Assembly (NCBI GenBank): GCA_002010215.1 | Contig: MTMY01000033.1 | Location: 1-64,000, forward strand | Source of the DNA: Archaeoglobus sp. JdFR-37 | GTDB lineage: Archaea > Halobacteriota > Archaeoglobi > Archaeoglobales > Archaeoglobaceae | Length of the DNA: 64,000 nt | Reading direction: 5' to 3' | Shown here: one piece after another, positions 29,117 to 39,047 of the stretch | Layout of the letters: each line of letters opens with the position of its first letter | How positions within the stretch are numbered: position 1 is the first letter of the stretch | Program-made: the position numbers and the translations under genes | The notes under the pieces: generated by a model | Databases searched by the model: none | Seen by the model: only the letters and a program-made list of their open reading frames with translations | What the model was told of the DNA's origin: nothing

Positions 29117-30926
29117 CCACTACCTCCTTGGTCCGGCTGAGAGGGAAGCATGTTCTGCTGGTACAAACGATATCATTACCCTCGGTGAAGATAACTTCGG
29201 GAGATATGAACTTGATGGGTCTGCTGTTTTTATCGCTTTCAATCACCACAGGATTCAGATAGGTCCTCAAAGCCAGCAGGTAGCCGGCAGAGTAAAGGTT
29301 ATGCTCTAGGCCAGCGAACTTCTTTAGGTTTCTGGCTGCAATATCTCTGAATTCTTCCTCTCCGGTTAAGTGGCCAAGGTGGGCGGCATTGAGGCACATC
29401 ATTGGTATGGCAGCGAAGTTTGGTGTGTCGAAGGGCTGAGAAACTCCACCCTTATCCACGAATTCTTCTCCAAATTCCTTAATAGCAGATTCAAAAAGTT
29501 CCACTGCTGGATCAATATCCTGATCTCTCACGTAATGGGACGTTATTATTGCATTTATCAGGTATGCATAGTCTTCTAGGGTTCCTTCTACCTCTTCTTC
29601 CCGGTACAGGACATCATGGAATCTTTTGAGGAGGTTCTTCAATATTGTCGTGATGTTCGGAACATCTGAATGTCCAGTAATAGCTTCAGAATAAAGAAGG
29701 GAAGTTACAGCAGAGGCAGAATAACCAGTGTACACGCTTCTGTCAATCTCCAATCTTTCTTTGAATTTCAGCCTTTCCTTCCGCATTTTTTCCAGAGCTT
29801 TTTGTTCTATCTCCTCAACTTGGCTGATGTCAAAGTTCAGCTCGTCTGCAACGGTCTCAGCACGTGAAACCAGCCGTAAATGGTTTTTACCGTTAAGATT
29901 TCCCTTTTCTGTTACTCCATAAAAGATTTTGATGAGGTTGAACTCATCCTTGTCTAACAGCTCTTCAAGCTCCGAATAACTCCAGAGGTAAAATCCACCT
30001 TCTTCATTGTCAAAATCTGCAGAGATAGAGGAATAGAACCCTTTATTTGACGTCAGAAAATCATTAATGAACTCAGTAATCCCACTAGCTGTTCTGAGGT
30101 AGAGACTAATCCCGAGCTTTCGGTAAGCAAGGAGATAATCCATGAGGAGGAAAGCGTTATCAATCAGCAATTTTTCGAAATGAGGGATTTCCCAGTAGCG
30201 GTCAACGCAGTACCTGAAAAAGCCGCCAAAAACGTGGTCCCGTAAGCCACCTGAGGCCATCTCTGTCAGGCTGTGCTCCGCAACAACATATCTTTTTTCA
30301 ACCAACAACAACAAGTTGGCAACAGGGAAAGGGAACTTCTGAGCGTAACCATAGCCGCCATAAACTTCATCGCTGACAGCCTCTATCCTTCTAATCCCCT
30401 CAATAATTATCCTTTCTTCAGTCTCTGCTGGAGATGCCAGATTAACCCTCCTCTTTATCTCCTTCGCCACTTCTTCTGCCAGCATCTCCACCTTATCCCT
30501 CTCATGCCTGTACGAATGAAGAACAGTCCTCAGAATCTCCAAGAATTTGGCTTTTGGAAAGTAACTGCCTCCGAAAAAGACCTTGCCAGAAGGGGTTGTT
30601 ATTACTGTTAAAGGCCAGCCCGAAATACCAGTCAGAGCGGAAACAGCTTCTTGATATATCTTGTCAATGTGGGGCATCTCGTCTCTGTCTACTTTTATGC
30701 AGATGAAGTTCTCATTCAGAAAAGCTGCAACTTCTTCATCGCTGTAGATCTCAGAGTCCATGACATGGCACCAGTGGCACCACAGTGCGCCAATATCTAT
30801 TAGCACGGGCTTGTCTTCTCGTTCAGCCCTCTCAAAAGCCTCTTCACAGTAGGGATACCAGTTAACCGGCTGGGATGAGCTGTCCCTGAGATATTGGCTC
30901 CTCGAATCCTTCAGTCTGTTTGCCAT
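29109..30926 (-). CDS. Thioredoxin-domain protein (DUF255/SSP411 family)
   Basis: NRL..S.YL, WCHWCHVM, KVDRDE.P..D, GWPL, PHFEK. Confidence 0.9.
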   Translation of the reverse strand: MANRLKDSRSQYLRDSSSQPVNWYPYCEEAFERAEREDKPVLIDIGALWCHWCHVMDSEIYSDEEVAAFLNENFICIKVDRDEMPHIDKIYQEAVSALTGISGWPLTVITTPSGKVFFGGSYFPKAKFLEILRTVLHSYRHERDKVEMLAEEVAKEIKRRVNLASPAETEERIIIEGIRRIEAVSDEVYGGYGYAQKFPFPVANLLLLVEKRYVVAEHSLTEMASGGLRDHVFGGFFRYCVDRYWEIPHFEKLLIDNAFLLMDYLLAYRKLGISLYLRTASGITEFINDFLTSNKGFYSSISADFDNEEGGFYLWSYSELEELLDKDEFNLIKIFYGVTEKGNLNGKNHLRLVSRAETVADELNFDISQVEEIEQKALEKMRKERLKFKERLEIDRSVYTGYSASAVTSLLYSEAITGHSDVPNITTILKNLLKRFHDVLYREEEVEGTLEDYAYLINAIITSHYVRDQDIDPAVELFESAIKEFGEEFVDKGGVSQPFDTPNFAAIPMMCLNAAHLGHLTGEEEFRDIAARNLKKFAGLEHNLYSAGYLLALRTYLNPVVIESDKNSRPIKFISPEVIFTEGNDIVCTSRTCFPLSRTKEVVDG

Positions 30927-30932
30927 GTCTGC

Positions 30933-31940
30933 TTAATATCCTTCTATTATCTTATAAAGGGTATCCCTCTGCCTAGGGACCCTCCCTGCCACTTCTATCA
31001 GCTCTCTAAGCTCCTCAACTGGCATAAATTCGCCACTCGTAGCTCCTGCAGCCTTAGATATGTTCTCTTCCATGAGCGTGCCGCCGAGGTCATTTGCCCC
31101 AGTGTAAAGAGCAGTCTGGGCCAGTTTTGCTCCGAGCTTGACCCATGAAGCCTGGATGTTTCTAATCTCAGGATACAGGATTATTCTTGCAAGGGCAATT
31201 ACCAGTAGGTCTTCGAATCCAGAAGAGCCCTTTGCAATTTTGCCGAGCTCGTTGTTTTTCCTGAGGAAGGGAAGGGGAATAAATTCAGTAAAACCGCTGG
31301 TTTCCTGCTGGATCTCCTTTATGAGGCTTAGGTGTCTGATTCTATCTTCCCAGCTCTCAATGTGGCCATACATCATTGTAGCAGTGGTTGGAATGCCTAT
31401 CTCATGGGCTGCAGTTATGACTTCAACCCACTGCTGGGTTGTCAGCTTCTCAGGACAGATGATTTTTCTGATGGAATCAACCAGAATTTCTGCTGCAGTT
31501 CCGGGCATTGAATCCAGACCCGCATCCTTTAATCTTTCAAGAACCTTCTCTACACTCATCCCTGAATTTCTGGCTGCATGGAATACTTCCATTGGTGAAA
31601 AAGCGTGGATGTGTATGTCGTCTGAAACTTCCCTCACAGCCTCGAGTATGGAAATGTAGAAACTAACGTCTGCTTTTGGGATGAGTCCTCCCTGAATACA
31701 GACTTCAGTACATCCATAATTTACTGCTTCCTCAACTTTCCTTTTTATTTCATCAAGGCTTAAAGTGAAGTTCCTCCTGCTTCTGAAGGAGCAGAAGCGG
31801 CAGCGGTTGATGCAGACATCAGAGAAATTGATATTCCTGTTGACGACGTATGTGACAACTTCTCCCGCTACTTTTTTCCTCAATTCATCTGCATAACGGA
31901 AGGTTTCAAAAGGATCGTTCAACAGCTCTGCTACAAGCAT
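30933..31940 (-). CDS. cofH: FO synthase subunit 2
   Basis: NRNINF, CINRCRFC, SMPGTAAEIL, TATMMYGH, NIQASWVKLG. Confidence 0.93.
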   Translation of the reverse strand: MLVAELLNDPFETFRYADELRKKVAGEVVTYVVNRNINFSDVCINRCRFCSFRSRRNFTLSLDEIKRKVEEAVNYGCTEVCIQGGLIPKADVSFYISILEAVREVSDDIHIHAFSPMEVFHAARNSGMSVEKVLERLKDAGLDSMPGTAAEILVDSIRKIICPEKLTTQQWVEVITAAHEIGIPTTATMMYGHIESWEDRIRHLSLIKEIQQETSGFTEFIPLPFLRKNNELGKIAKGSSGFEDLLVIALARIILYPEIRNIQASWVKLGAKLAQTALYTGANDLGGTLMEENISKAAGATSGEFMPVEELRELIEVAGRVPRQRDTLYKIIEGY

Positions 31941-32899
31941 CTGTATCCCTCTTCATCACTCATTTTTTCAACAAGTTTGGCAACTTCCTGACCATAACAC
32001 CCAAGCCTCACGTATTTCGGATGCACAGGCAATCTTTCCCTCAGGACATACTTCCCCTTTAAACTACTTTCGATTTTTTTCAGGGATGGCCACGGAGCTT
32101 CGGGGTTTATGTAGTCTGGTGTAACGCTGCTTATCCCGCCAATATCGCGGGCTCCAGCATCAAGAAGAGGGAGGATGTCTACAAGGTTTGCAGGTATCTG
32201 AACAACAACATCCTTAGGCAGAATTTCCCGGGCTGCTTTGACCGTTTCTATCATCTCTTCAAGGCTTGGTGGAGGTGTGTTTTCCATGGGGGTGCCTTTT
32301 TTAGGGCTGAAGTTCTGAACTATGACCTCTTGGATGTGCCCATAAGCATCATGAATGTCTGCAATTACCTCAAGGGAGTAAAGACGGTCGTAATGAGTTT
32401 CACCTATGCCGATGAGCAAACCGGTGGTGAAGGGGATCTGGAGTTTTCCTGCATCTTTTATGGTTCTAATCCTCTCTTCGGGCTTTTTACCCGGACTCTC
32501 GTCGTGACATGGCAGTTCCACAGCCTGCTCTAGCATCAAGCCCATACTGGCGTTAAGAGGCTTTAAAATCTTGAGTTCAGATTTGCTGAGCACTCCAGCA
32601 TTTGTGTGGGGTAGAAGACCATGGGAGATTGCCAGTTTATTCATGTCGGCAACGTAGAGTATGAAATCTTTGTATCCGAGGCTTTTCAGCTTTAACGCTA
32701 TTCTCTCATCAACCTCTGGTCTTTCACCGAAGGTAAAGAGTGCTTCACTCGCATTTTGAGCTCTTTTGAGAAAAGAGGCGACTTTATCCGGAGTCATCAA
32801 ATTTGGGTTGTTACTTCTGAACCCGCAGTAGTGGCAGCGGTTTCTGCAGGCATTTGTGAGGGGGATGAAGACATTTCGAGAGTAGGTTACGATTTTCAC
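31931..32899 (-). CDS. cofG: FO synthase subunit 1
   Basis: TYSRNVFIPLT.ACRNRCHYCGF, LLPHTNAG, SMGLMLE, GHIQEVIVQNF. Confidence 0.93.
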   Translation of the reverse strand: MKIVTYSRNVFIPLTNACRNRCHYCGFRSNNPNLMTPDKVASFLKRAQNASEALFTFGERPEVDERIALKLKSLGYKDFILYVADMNKLAISHGLLPHTNAGVLSKSELKILKPLNASMGLMLEQAVELPCHDESPGKKPEERIRTIKDAGKLQIPFTTGLLIGIGETHYDRLYSLEVIADIHDAYGHIQEVIVQNFSPKKGTPMENTPPPSLEEMIETVKAAREILPKDVVVQIPANLVDILPLLDAGARDIGGISSVTPDYINPEAPWPSLKKIESSLKGKYVLRERLPVHPKYVRLGCYGQEVAKLVEKMSDEEGYRCL

Positions 32900-33091
32900 G
32901 GGAGATGGTTTTGCGGAGGGAAATTAAGTTTTTGCTGTAGAGACTATGAGGCGTACAGACTAATGAATTAAATAGTATGAGTCTCTGGAAATCTAGTAGG
33001 TTTGTGAGGTTTTAGTCTCAAGTTTAAAATATAGGTCAGAAAAACAGCAAACACAGCTAAAGCTATATATCCAGTAAGACTTAAAAAACTC

Positions 33092-33445
33092 ATGGAATTT
33101 CTCAGGAAAAATGCTCTGAAGTTTCTTAAAAAAGCTGAAGAAAGTTTGGAGGAGGGGGATTATAACTTCACCATGTTCTTCGTTGAGCAGTTCTTTCAGC
33201 TTGCCCTGAAGTACTATCTCTACAACAAATATGGCGATTTTCCAAAAACCCACAGTTTGAAGGTGCTTTTCGAGTTAACAAAAGACGGCAGGCTTTTGAA
33301 ATATTATAAAGAGAATTTAGACCTGTTAAGAGAGGTGGAGTTGTCTTACGTTGCATCAAGATATTTTGATGTTGACTACAGTGAAAATGTGGCAAAGAAA
33401 AGTTTAGAGTTGGCTAAAAGATTTGTTGAGGTTTTGGCTTTATGA
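33092..33445 (+). CDS. HEPN-domain protein
   Basis: F.VEQ..QLALK, PKTHSL, Y.ASRY. Confidence 0.85.
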   Translation: MEFLRKNALKFLKKAEESLEEGDYNFTMFFVEQFFQLALKYYLYNKYGDFPKTHSLKVLFELTKDGRLLKYYKENLDLLREVELSYVASRYFDVDYSENVAKKSLELAKRFVEVLAL

Positions 33446-33789
33446 CGGAGTTTCTGATGGAATACTTCAGATTGCTGGAAAAGAACAGAAAATTTTTTGA
33501 TAATGCGATGATTACAGCTAGACAAGTAGAGAGGAGAGCTAAAAAGATCTTTGACGACTGTCAGGTATTTATAGTTGGGAGTTTTGCTGAAGGAAGACAC
33601 AAATTGTCTTCTGATCTGGATATACTAATCATCTCTCAGAAAATCCCTGAAAAGTTCAGCTTTGAGTGGTATTGCAATATAGTGAAACGCTTGAGTGACG
33701 ATAACAGAGTGAATATTCACTTGGTAAATAAAAGGAAGTTTAAAGAGGTTAAGAGGCTTTATTGGCCCAGAATTGAAGTCGTACCTTAA
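33442..33789 (+). CDS. Minimal nucleotidyltransferase (MNT)
   Basis: GSFAEG....SDLDILI; overlaps HEPN stop. Confidence 0.85.
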   Translation: MTEFLMEYFRLLEKNRKFFDNAMITARQVERRAKKIFDDCQVFIVGSFAEGRHKLSSDLDILIISQKIPEKFSFEWYCNIVKRLSDDNRVNIHLVNKRKFKEVKRLYWPRIEVVP

Positions 33790-33794
33790 AAACT

Positions 33795-34163
33795 TCAATC
33801 AATCAGAGTTAACTCAAGTCCGAAGTCTTCAAGGATCTTGAAATCTGAATCAAGGGTTATAAGGCCGTGTCTATTCGTTATGCAAATAGTGCCTATGAAG
33901 AGGTCTCTCAAGCTCATTTCTCTACCAGATTTTTTTAGTTCCTTGTAAATATTTGCAGATATGTCCGCAGATTTTTCGTCGAAGGGTAAGCAGTCCAGAG
34001 ATCCAATCAAATTGAGTTCAACTAGTTTTGGAGTTCCCACCATTATTTCAAATCTCGTTATTGAAGTAATAAGGAAGTAGCTGTCAATAGAAAGAACCTT
34101 GTCAAGTAATTCTTTGTTTCCTCGTGCTACCTCGATAATCACGTTCGTATCAAGGACTGCCAT
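33795..34163 (-). CDS. vapC: VapC-family PIN toxin
   Basis: LDTNVII, FE, DLFIG, LITLDSDF. Confidence 0.88.
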   Translation of the reverse strand: MAVLDTNVIIEVARGNKELLDKVLSIDSYFLITSITRFEIMVGTPKLVELNLIGSLDCLPFDEKSADISANIYKELKKSGREMSLRDLFIGTICITNRHGLITLDSDFKILEDFGLELTLID

Positions 34164-34372
34164 TTCTCGAACTCACCTTTGATAGCTTCGATTTTTTTCT
34201 TGGCTTCATTGTACTCGTCCTCACTGAGCACGCCAAACATTTTGAGTAATGTATCTGAGTTACCCTTTTTTGTTTTCAGCAATTCTCTGAGTACCTCTGA
34301 GAAACTCTTATTTCCCTTTATTCTCAGGAGTTCCATGTAAACATCGTCCGCTATGGTTATAGTTTTGACCAT
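34139..34372 (-). CDS. vapB: VapB-type antitoxin
   Basis: MVKTITIADDVY..L..K...SFSEV; overlaps vapC start. Confidence 0.85.
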   Translation of the reverse strand: MVKTITIADDVYMELLRIKGNKSFSEVLRELLKTKKGNSDTLLKMFGVLSEDEYNEAKKKIEAIKGEFEKWQSLIRT

Positions 34373-34379
34373 ATTAAAC

Positions 34380-34391
34380 TGAGTGCACTCA
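34380..34391. promoter_or_regulatory. Palindrome upstream of vapB, likely autoregulatory operator
   Basis: Perfect TGAGTGCACTCA 7 nt before the ATG. Confidence 0.45.
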
Positions 34392-34616
34392 ATGTATTTT
34401 AGGTTTTTGTTTGATGCAAATCGCAATCTTGGCAGTTCCTTTTTTGGCAGATCGAGTAACTTTTGTTCTTATACGGTAATAAGAAGGTTAGATAAGGCAT
34501 AATAACTAAACCAACAGCTTATGAGAGATTTTGTTTGTTATTGTGAAATGAATTCTACAATTAATCTTTTGCAAATCTTCAAAAAATAATTAAATAATTA
34601 AGTTCTAAAAAACTTG

Positions 34617-35117
34617 TTACCACACTTGCACCTGTGCTGAGGTAATAGGCTGATTGCTTACTGTATCGAGCACTTTGACTTTCAATATAGATCCAGAACT
34701 AACATTGAATCCGGTGAACTCTTTAATAACAATGACATCTCCGGGATCGAATCTACTATCACTCAGTGTCGTATCTGATGTAAGCTTACCAGTTCCGTTG
34801 TATTTTGTGGTCGTTGTGTCAAAGGTTAATGTATCAAGTACTGTGTCGTTTTGATAGTATACTATTATTTTCATATTTCCGGCTGATATTGCTTCACCAC
34901 CATTGTGTGCTATAGTCATGATATCATCTGTCGAAGAACTTGATAAACTTGCTTGTGCATCACTAATTGCAAGTTGTGCTTGTGGAGCAGTTTTTGGAGC
35001 CTTGCTTCCCAGTCCGAAGACGAAACTCGCAATCACTGCCGCCAGTATAACTGTTATTGCCACCATCAGTATTACACCAATTACTGGCGAGACACCTTTC
35101 TCATCTTTCCACATCAA
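34617..35117 (-). CDS. Archaeal type IV pilin (DUF1628-type)
   Basis: Class III signal peptide DEKG/VSPVIGVILMVAITVILAAVIASFV. Confidence 0.9.
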   Translation of the reverse strand: MMWKDEKGVSPVIGVILMVAITVILAAVIASFVFGLGSKAPKTAPQAQLAISDAQASLSSSSTDDIMTIAHNGGEAISAGNMKIIVYYQNDTVLDTLTFDTTTTKYNGTGKLTSDTTLSDSRFDPGDVIVIKEFTGFNVSSGSILKVKVLDTVSNQPITSAQVQVW

Positions 35118-35276
35118 ACCACCTCCCTACGTAATCATTATAATCATGTAATCCTATTTAAGCCTTTTGGTATTATAATAACAATAATGAAATCAGGTAA
35201 TTGTGGGGAAATAAATAATTTAACGTTCATTATGATTTAAAGTTACAAACTAAGGGTGAAACAAAAAGATTAGAGA

Positions 35277-35882
35277 CTAAACGTATCTGTCGCCCACATC
35301 TATTCTTTCTCCTTCAATGACTAACTCATAAAAATCACTAGGTGGTCTGAAAGGGCTCTTCTTTACTCTGATACCCTTCTTTAGTCTGAATCCTTCTGCA
35401 ATTTCCCTCAGCTCAATTACGTAATCAGATTCCTCTTCGAACATCGCAAGTATTTTTTCATCAACCAGATTTTTATCAAATGTGACGATAAGAATCTGCT
35501 CCTTTTTTCTCACAACATCTGTGATCTCCCTGAAGAGCTGGAAAACTTTTTCGGGAGAATGTAGAATTATGAGGGTGTCCAAAAGGAGGAATCCACCAAT
35601 CTTCTGTCGAGCATTACGAAGTGCAAGAGAAATTGAGAAAAGTTCGTGAAGGTTGATACCTTGCTCTGGATAGATTACAAAGGCATTTTTCAGCCATTTC
35701 CTAACGTCATGGACCATTCTCCCAGGTACGAAGATAAAGACTTCCTCTCCACTCTTCTCAGCAGTCTGAAGAAATTTGAAAACGAACTCTCTACCCAATT
35801 CACCTACTGTCTCCAGTAATACCACCCTTCCTGGTTCAATCTCTCCTATCAACTCATCCAGCTTTGCTATCGCAAAGCGCAT
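35277..35882 (-). CDS. Degenerate RecA/KaiC-superfamily protein
   Basis: I.KLDELIG.I.PG start, degenerate Walker A, D.VIEL...IRVKK C-terminus. Confidence 0.65.
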   Translation of the reverse strand: MRFAIAKLDELIGEIEPGRVVLLETVGELGREFVFKFLQTAEKSGEEVFIFVPGRMVHDVRKWLKNAFVIYPEQGINLHELFSISLALRNARQKIGGFLLLDTLIILHSPEKVFQLFREITDVVRKKEQILIVTFDKNLVDEKILAMFEEESDYVIELREIAEGFRLKKGIRVKKSPFRPPSDFYELVIEGERIDVGDRYV

Positions 35883-35888
35883 ACCCCA

Positions 35889-36578
35889 TCACTTGAAAAG
35901 AGCAGTTTCATGCAAAACCTCTATCCCCTTCTCAGTAATTCTATATGGCCGAATCACCTCATCAAAATCAGAACCTCTGAATTTCCGTATCATAACTCCT
36001 CTTATGATTCTACCCGAGTCTGTTGAGGTTAGCAGTTCAATCACGCCACTCACAAGAAAGTCCTCGATGGTCTCTCCTGTTCTTTCGGAGGTGATTATGG
36101 TGGTGGCTCCAGTGTTTTTAAGCAGTTTTATCAGTATCAGTAAATCCCGCCTGTAGTCAGTTTCAGACTTGCTGCCCACTTCCAGCATTGTAATTGGGTC
36201 GATAACAATTCTTGATGGATTGTTTTGTTTCAATACATCTTCAATGATCGATTTGAGATTAGATACATCAAGTGTATACTCAGAGAAAAACATCTCGCTG
36301 AAGATCGTTAGGCTGCCTGCGGGGGATGCATCAACGAAAGTCACAGGAGATAAATCGAATCCAAAAACTTCCATTTCTTCAGCTATTTCATCAGCACTCT
36401 CTTCAAGAGTTATATAAAGGACATTCTCACCAGAAACAACACCCTGATACGCAAATTGAGATGCAAGAGTTGTTTTTCCACTTCCTGGGCCACCCTTAAC
36501 TAAATAAGATTTCCCCTTTATTAGGCCTCCGTTAAGCATGTTATCCAGCCCAGGTATCCCGATTGAAATTCTTTCCAT
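35889..36578 (-). CDS. KaiC-like / RAD55-family ATPase
   Basis: GIPGLD..L.GG, GGPGSGKT, TLEE, VIDPIT, IRKFRGS; start moved to ATG 36578. Confidence 0.88.
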   Translation of the reverse strand: MERISIGIPGLDNMLNGGLIKGKSYLVKGGPGSGKTTLASQFAYQGVVSGENVLYITLEESADEIAEEMEVFGFDLSPVTFVDASPAGSLTIFSEMFFSEYTLDVSNLKSIIEDVLKQNNPSRIVIDPITMLEVGSKSETDYRRDLLILIKLLKNTGATTIITSERTGETIEDFLVSGVIELLTSTDSGRIIRGVMIRKFRGSDFDEVIRPYRITEKGIEVLHETALFK

Positions 36579-36713
36579 CAGCCACACCACCCAATTCCTT
36601 ATACATTGTTCAAACCTCTTATTGAGCATCCTCATTATATGTTTGAGTAGTAAACATAGAAAACTCTTTCGCAGATGGAAAACATTCATAACCTTCCAAG
36701 ACAGTTGTAGAAT

Positions 36714-37058
36714 ATGCGAAGAATTGAGATATATACTATTGAAGATGCTAAAAGAGACCTTGATAAGGGCGATAGCAATTCAGAAGTTGCTCTAAGAAAA
36801 TGGGAATCAATTCTAGATGCCCTCAGAGCTGTGGAGGAAACAGCAGTTCAGATGACCTCCTTCTGCTTGAAGTACATGGATAAGGGCTGCCAAGGTTGCC
36901 CAATTCTCAACTATGATTATCCATGCGGACACCCCTACGCCTCATTTACCCTCTTTTATCAGGAATTGAGGAAGTTAAGGATGATCTCCGAAAACCTTTA
37001 TGCAATACTAATGGCAATTTATAGAGATGACATGGATACCCGAAAGGATTTTGTTTGA
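36714..37058 (+). CDS. Hypothetical protein with Cys cluster (C..GCQGCP..PC)
   Basis: Clean ORF filling the gap between divergent and convergent neighbours. Confidence 0.6.
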   Translation: MRRIEIYTIEDAKRDLDKGDSNSEVALRKWESILDALRAVEETAVQMTSFCLKYMDKGCQGCPILNYDYPCGHPYASFTLFYQELRKLRMISENLYAILMAIYRDDMDTRKDFV

Positions 37059-37601
37059 TTACTCTCTAGCCACCATCACTTCAGTCGCTTTGATTACGGC
37101 ATAGACTTTCTCGCCCTCCCTCAGTTCAAGCTCCTCGGCGGCCTCTTTCGTAATAACAGCCTTAATCACACAGGGCTGTGAAACCTCTATTTCAACCTTT
37201 GCAGCAATTCCGTCAACCTCTATTTTCCTCACAACACCTTCTATCTTATTCCTCGCAGATATTTTCAATCCTATCGCCTCCCAGAAGCTGTCATAATCTC
37301 TGCCGACATCTTCAATATATTTCTCGATCCTTCTATACTGCCTGAGAACTCTTTCACCAAATTCTGTTAGCTCTGCTCTGCCCCCTTTTGCTCCTCCCCT
37401 TCTTGCATCAACAACTTTCGTTCCAAGGACTTCCTCCATTCTCTTCAGATAGTTCCAGACATAACGGTAAGACATACCAAGCTTTTCAGCGGCTTTGGAG
37501 ATGGAACCGTATTCCTTTATGGCTGAGAGTATCTCTGCTCCGCCTTTTCCAAGTAAATGTTCCCCATCTTTCTCAAGCCAGACTCGCCATGCAACCTTCA
37601 T
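37059..37601 (-). CDS. modE: ModE-family regulator (wHTH + TOBE)
   Basis: GSISKAAEKLGMSYRYVW, RGGAKGG.AELT, SARN, AVIKATEV. Confidence 0.88.
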   Translation of the reverse strand: MKVAWRVWLEKDGEHLLGKGGAEILSAIKEYGSISKAAEKLGMSYRYVWNYLKRMEEVLGTKVVDARRGGAKGGRAELTEFGERVLRQYRRIEKYIEDVGRDYDSFWEAIGLKISARNKIEGVVRKIEVDGIAAKVEIEVSQPCVIKAVITKEAAEELELREGEKVYAVIKATEVMVARE

Positions 37602-37608
37602 GCAATAT

Positions 37609-38334
37609 CTAAAAGTAAGTTTCACCCATTATGAATCTTTTTGTCATCTCTTTCTCTGGACTTTCAAAAATCTGTTTTACGCTGCCAACTTCTACCAGCT
37701 CACCAGAATTCAAATATGCAACCATATTTGCAAGTCTTTTAGCTTGAAAGAGGTTATGGGTGGCCATAACAACGGTAACACCATCATCCGTAATTTCCTT
37801 GATGATTGCCTCAATCATCTGAACGTTCCCAGCATCAAGATTTGCTGTTGGTTCATCCAACACAAGAACTTCTGTTTCAAGAACGAGAGCTCTAGCTAGA
37901 GCTACTCTCTGCTGTTCTCCTCCGCTGAGTTTTTTCGCATTCTTTTTTCTCAGCTCATAAAGGCCGACAAGCTCGAGAACGCTATTTACTCTGCTTTCGA
38001 CTTCCCGGCTACTCAACCCCCGGATTCTGAGGCCATATGCCACATTATCAAAGACTGAGGTATTGAACATCACAGGTTTCTGGAACACCATGGTGATACG
38101 TTTCCTCAAATCCTCCTGATTCTTCCTGACGTCGATGTCATTGAGGTAATACTCACCGGAGTAATCGGTTTCCAACATGGAAATTATCCTGAGCAAAGTA
38201 GTTTTACCGGCTCCACTGCTCCCGATGATGGCAAACACATCACCCTTCTTTATCTCGAGGCTCACGTCCCTCAGCGCCTCAGTTTCTCCATACCTCTTTG
38301 TTATTCCTACTAGCCTAATCATTTCAACACCCAT
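37609..38334 (-). CDS. tupC: Tungstate ABC transporter ATPase
   Basis: GSSGAGKT, LSGGEQQR, LDEPT; operon context. Confidence 0.85.
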   Translation of the reverse strand: MGVEMIRLVGITKRYGETEALRDVSLEIKKGDVFAIIGSSGAGKTTLLRIISMLETDYSGEYYLNDIDVRKNQEDLRKRITMVFQKPVMFNTSVFDNVAYGLRIRGLSSREVESRVNSVLELVGLYELRKKNAKKLSGGEQQRVALARALVLETEVLVLDEPTANLDAGNVQMIEAIIKEITDDGVTVVMATHNLFQAKRLANMVAYLNSGELVEVGSVKQIFESPEKEMTKRFIMGETYF

Positions 38335-39038
38335 CGGCTCTGCAGGAAGTTAGATACGGTCGTAATGACAAAGACTATCCCAAGCAGGATCATTCCAAGA
38401 GCTATGGCTATGTCTATATCTCCTCTGGCCACATACATCTGAATCGATGTTGTTAGTACTCTGGTGTTCAGGGCTCCCCCTCTGACAAAAATATTTCCGC
38501 CCACCATGAGGGCTATTCCGAGTTCTGCAATGGCTCTGTTGAAGGCTGCGATAACAGCAAGCAAAACTCCTGCCGAAGCCTCTCTAATAACCTTCAGCGT
38601 CGCCTCAGCTCTGCTAGCTCCCAGTGTAAGTGCAAGCTCTCTAATCTCCCTCTCAACACTCTCAATTGAACTTGCTGTAAAGCTCACAACTATCGGCAAA
38701 ATCAATAGCATCTGTCCAAAACTTATGCCCATTTCCGTATAAAGGAGCTTTAAAGAGCCAAGAGGCCCTGCTGGAGCCAAAATAAGGTAAAGAATTAACC
38801 CCATAACTACGGTGGGAATCCCGAGCATGCCGTTGAAAAACGATCTCAGCACATTTCTGCCTCTGAATGTGGATATTCCCAGTGCAACACCTGTCGGGAT
38901 TCCGATTATGGCAGCCATTAGCGTGGCGATACCGGAAACTTTTATGCTTCTCAGTGCTATGTCTGCAACCTCTACGTCAAGAGATGCTATCATCTCAAAG
39001 GCTCCTTCAATTCCCTTGAGTACGTATTCCCAAGTCAT
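38319..39038 (-). CDS. tupB: Tungstate ABC transporter permease
   Basis: PTVVMGL, GPLG, E.GIALMVGGNI, TRVLTT. Confidence 0.88.
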   Translation of the reverse strand: MTWEYVLKGIEGAFEMIASLDVEVADIALRSIKVSGIATLMAAIIGIPTGVALGISTFRGRNVLRSFFNGMLGIPTVVMGLILYLILAPAGPLGSLKLLYTEMGISFGQMLLILPIVVSFTASSIESVEREIRELALTLGASRAEATLKVIREASAGVLLAVIAAFNRAIAELGIALMVGGNIFVRGGALNTRVLTTSIQMYVARGDIDIAIALGMILLGIVFVITTVSNFLQSRWVLK

Positions 39039-39047
39039 GGTCCAATA

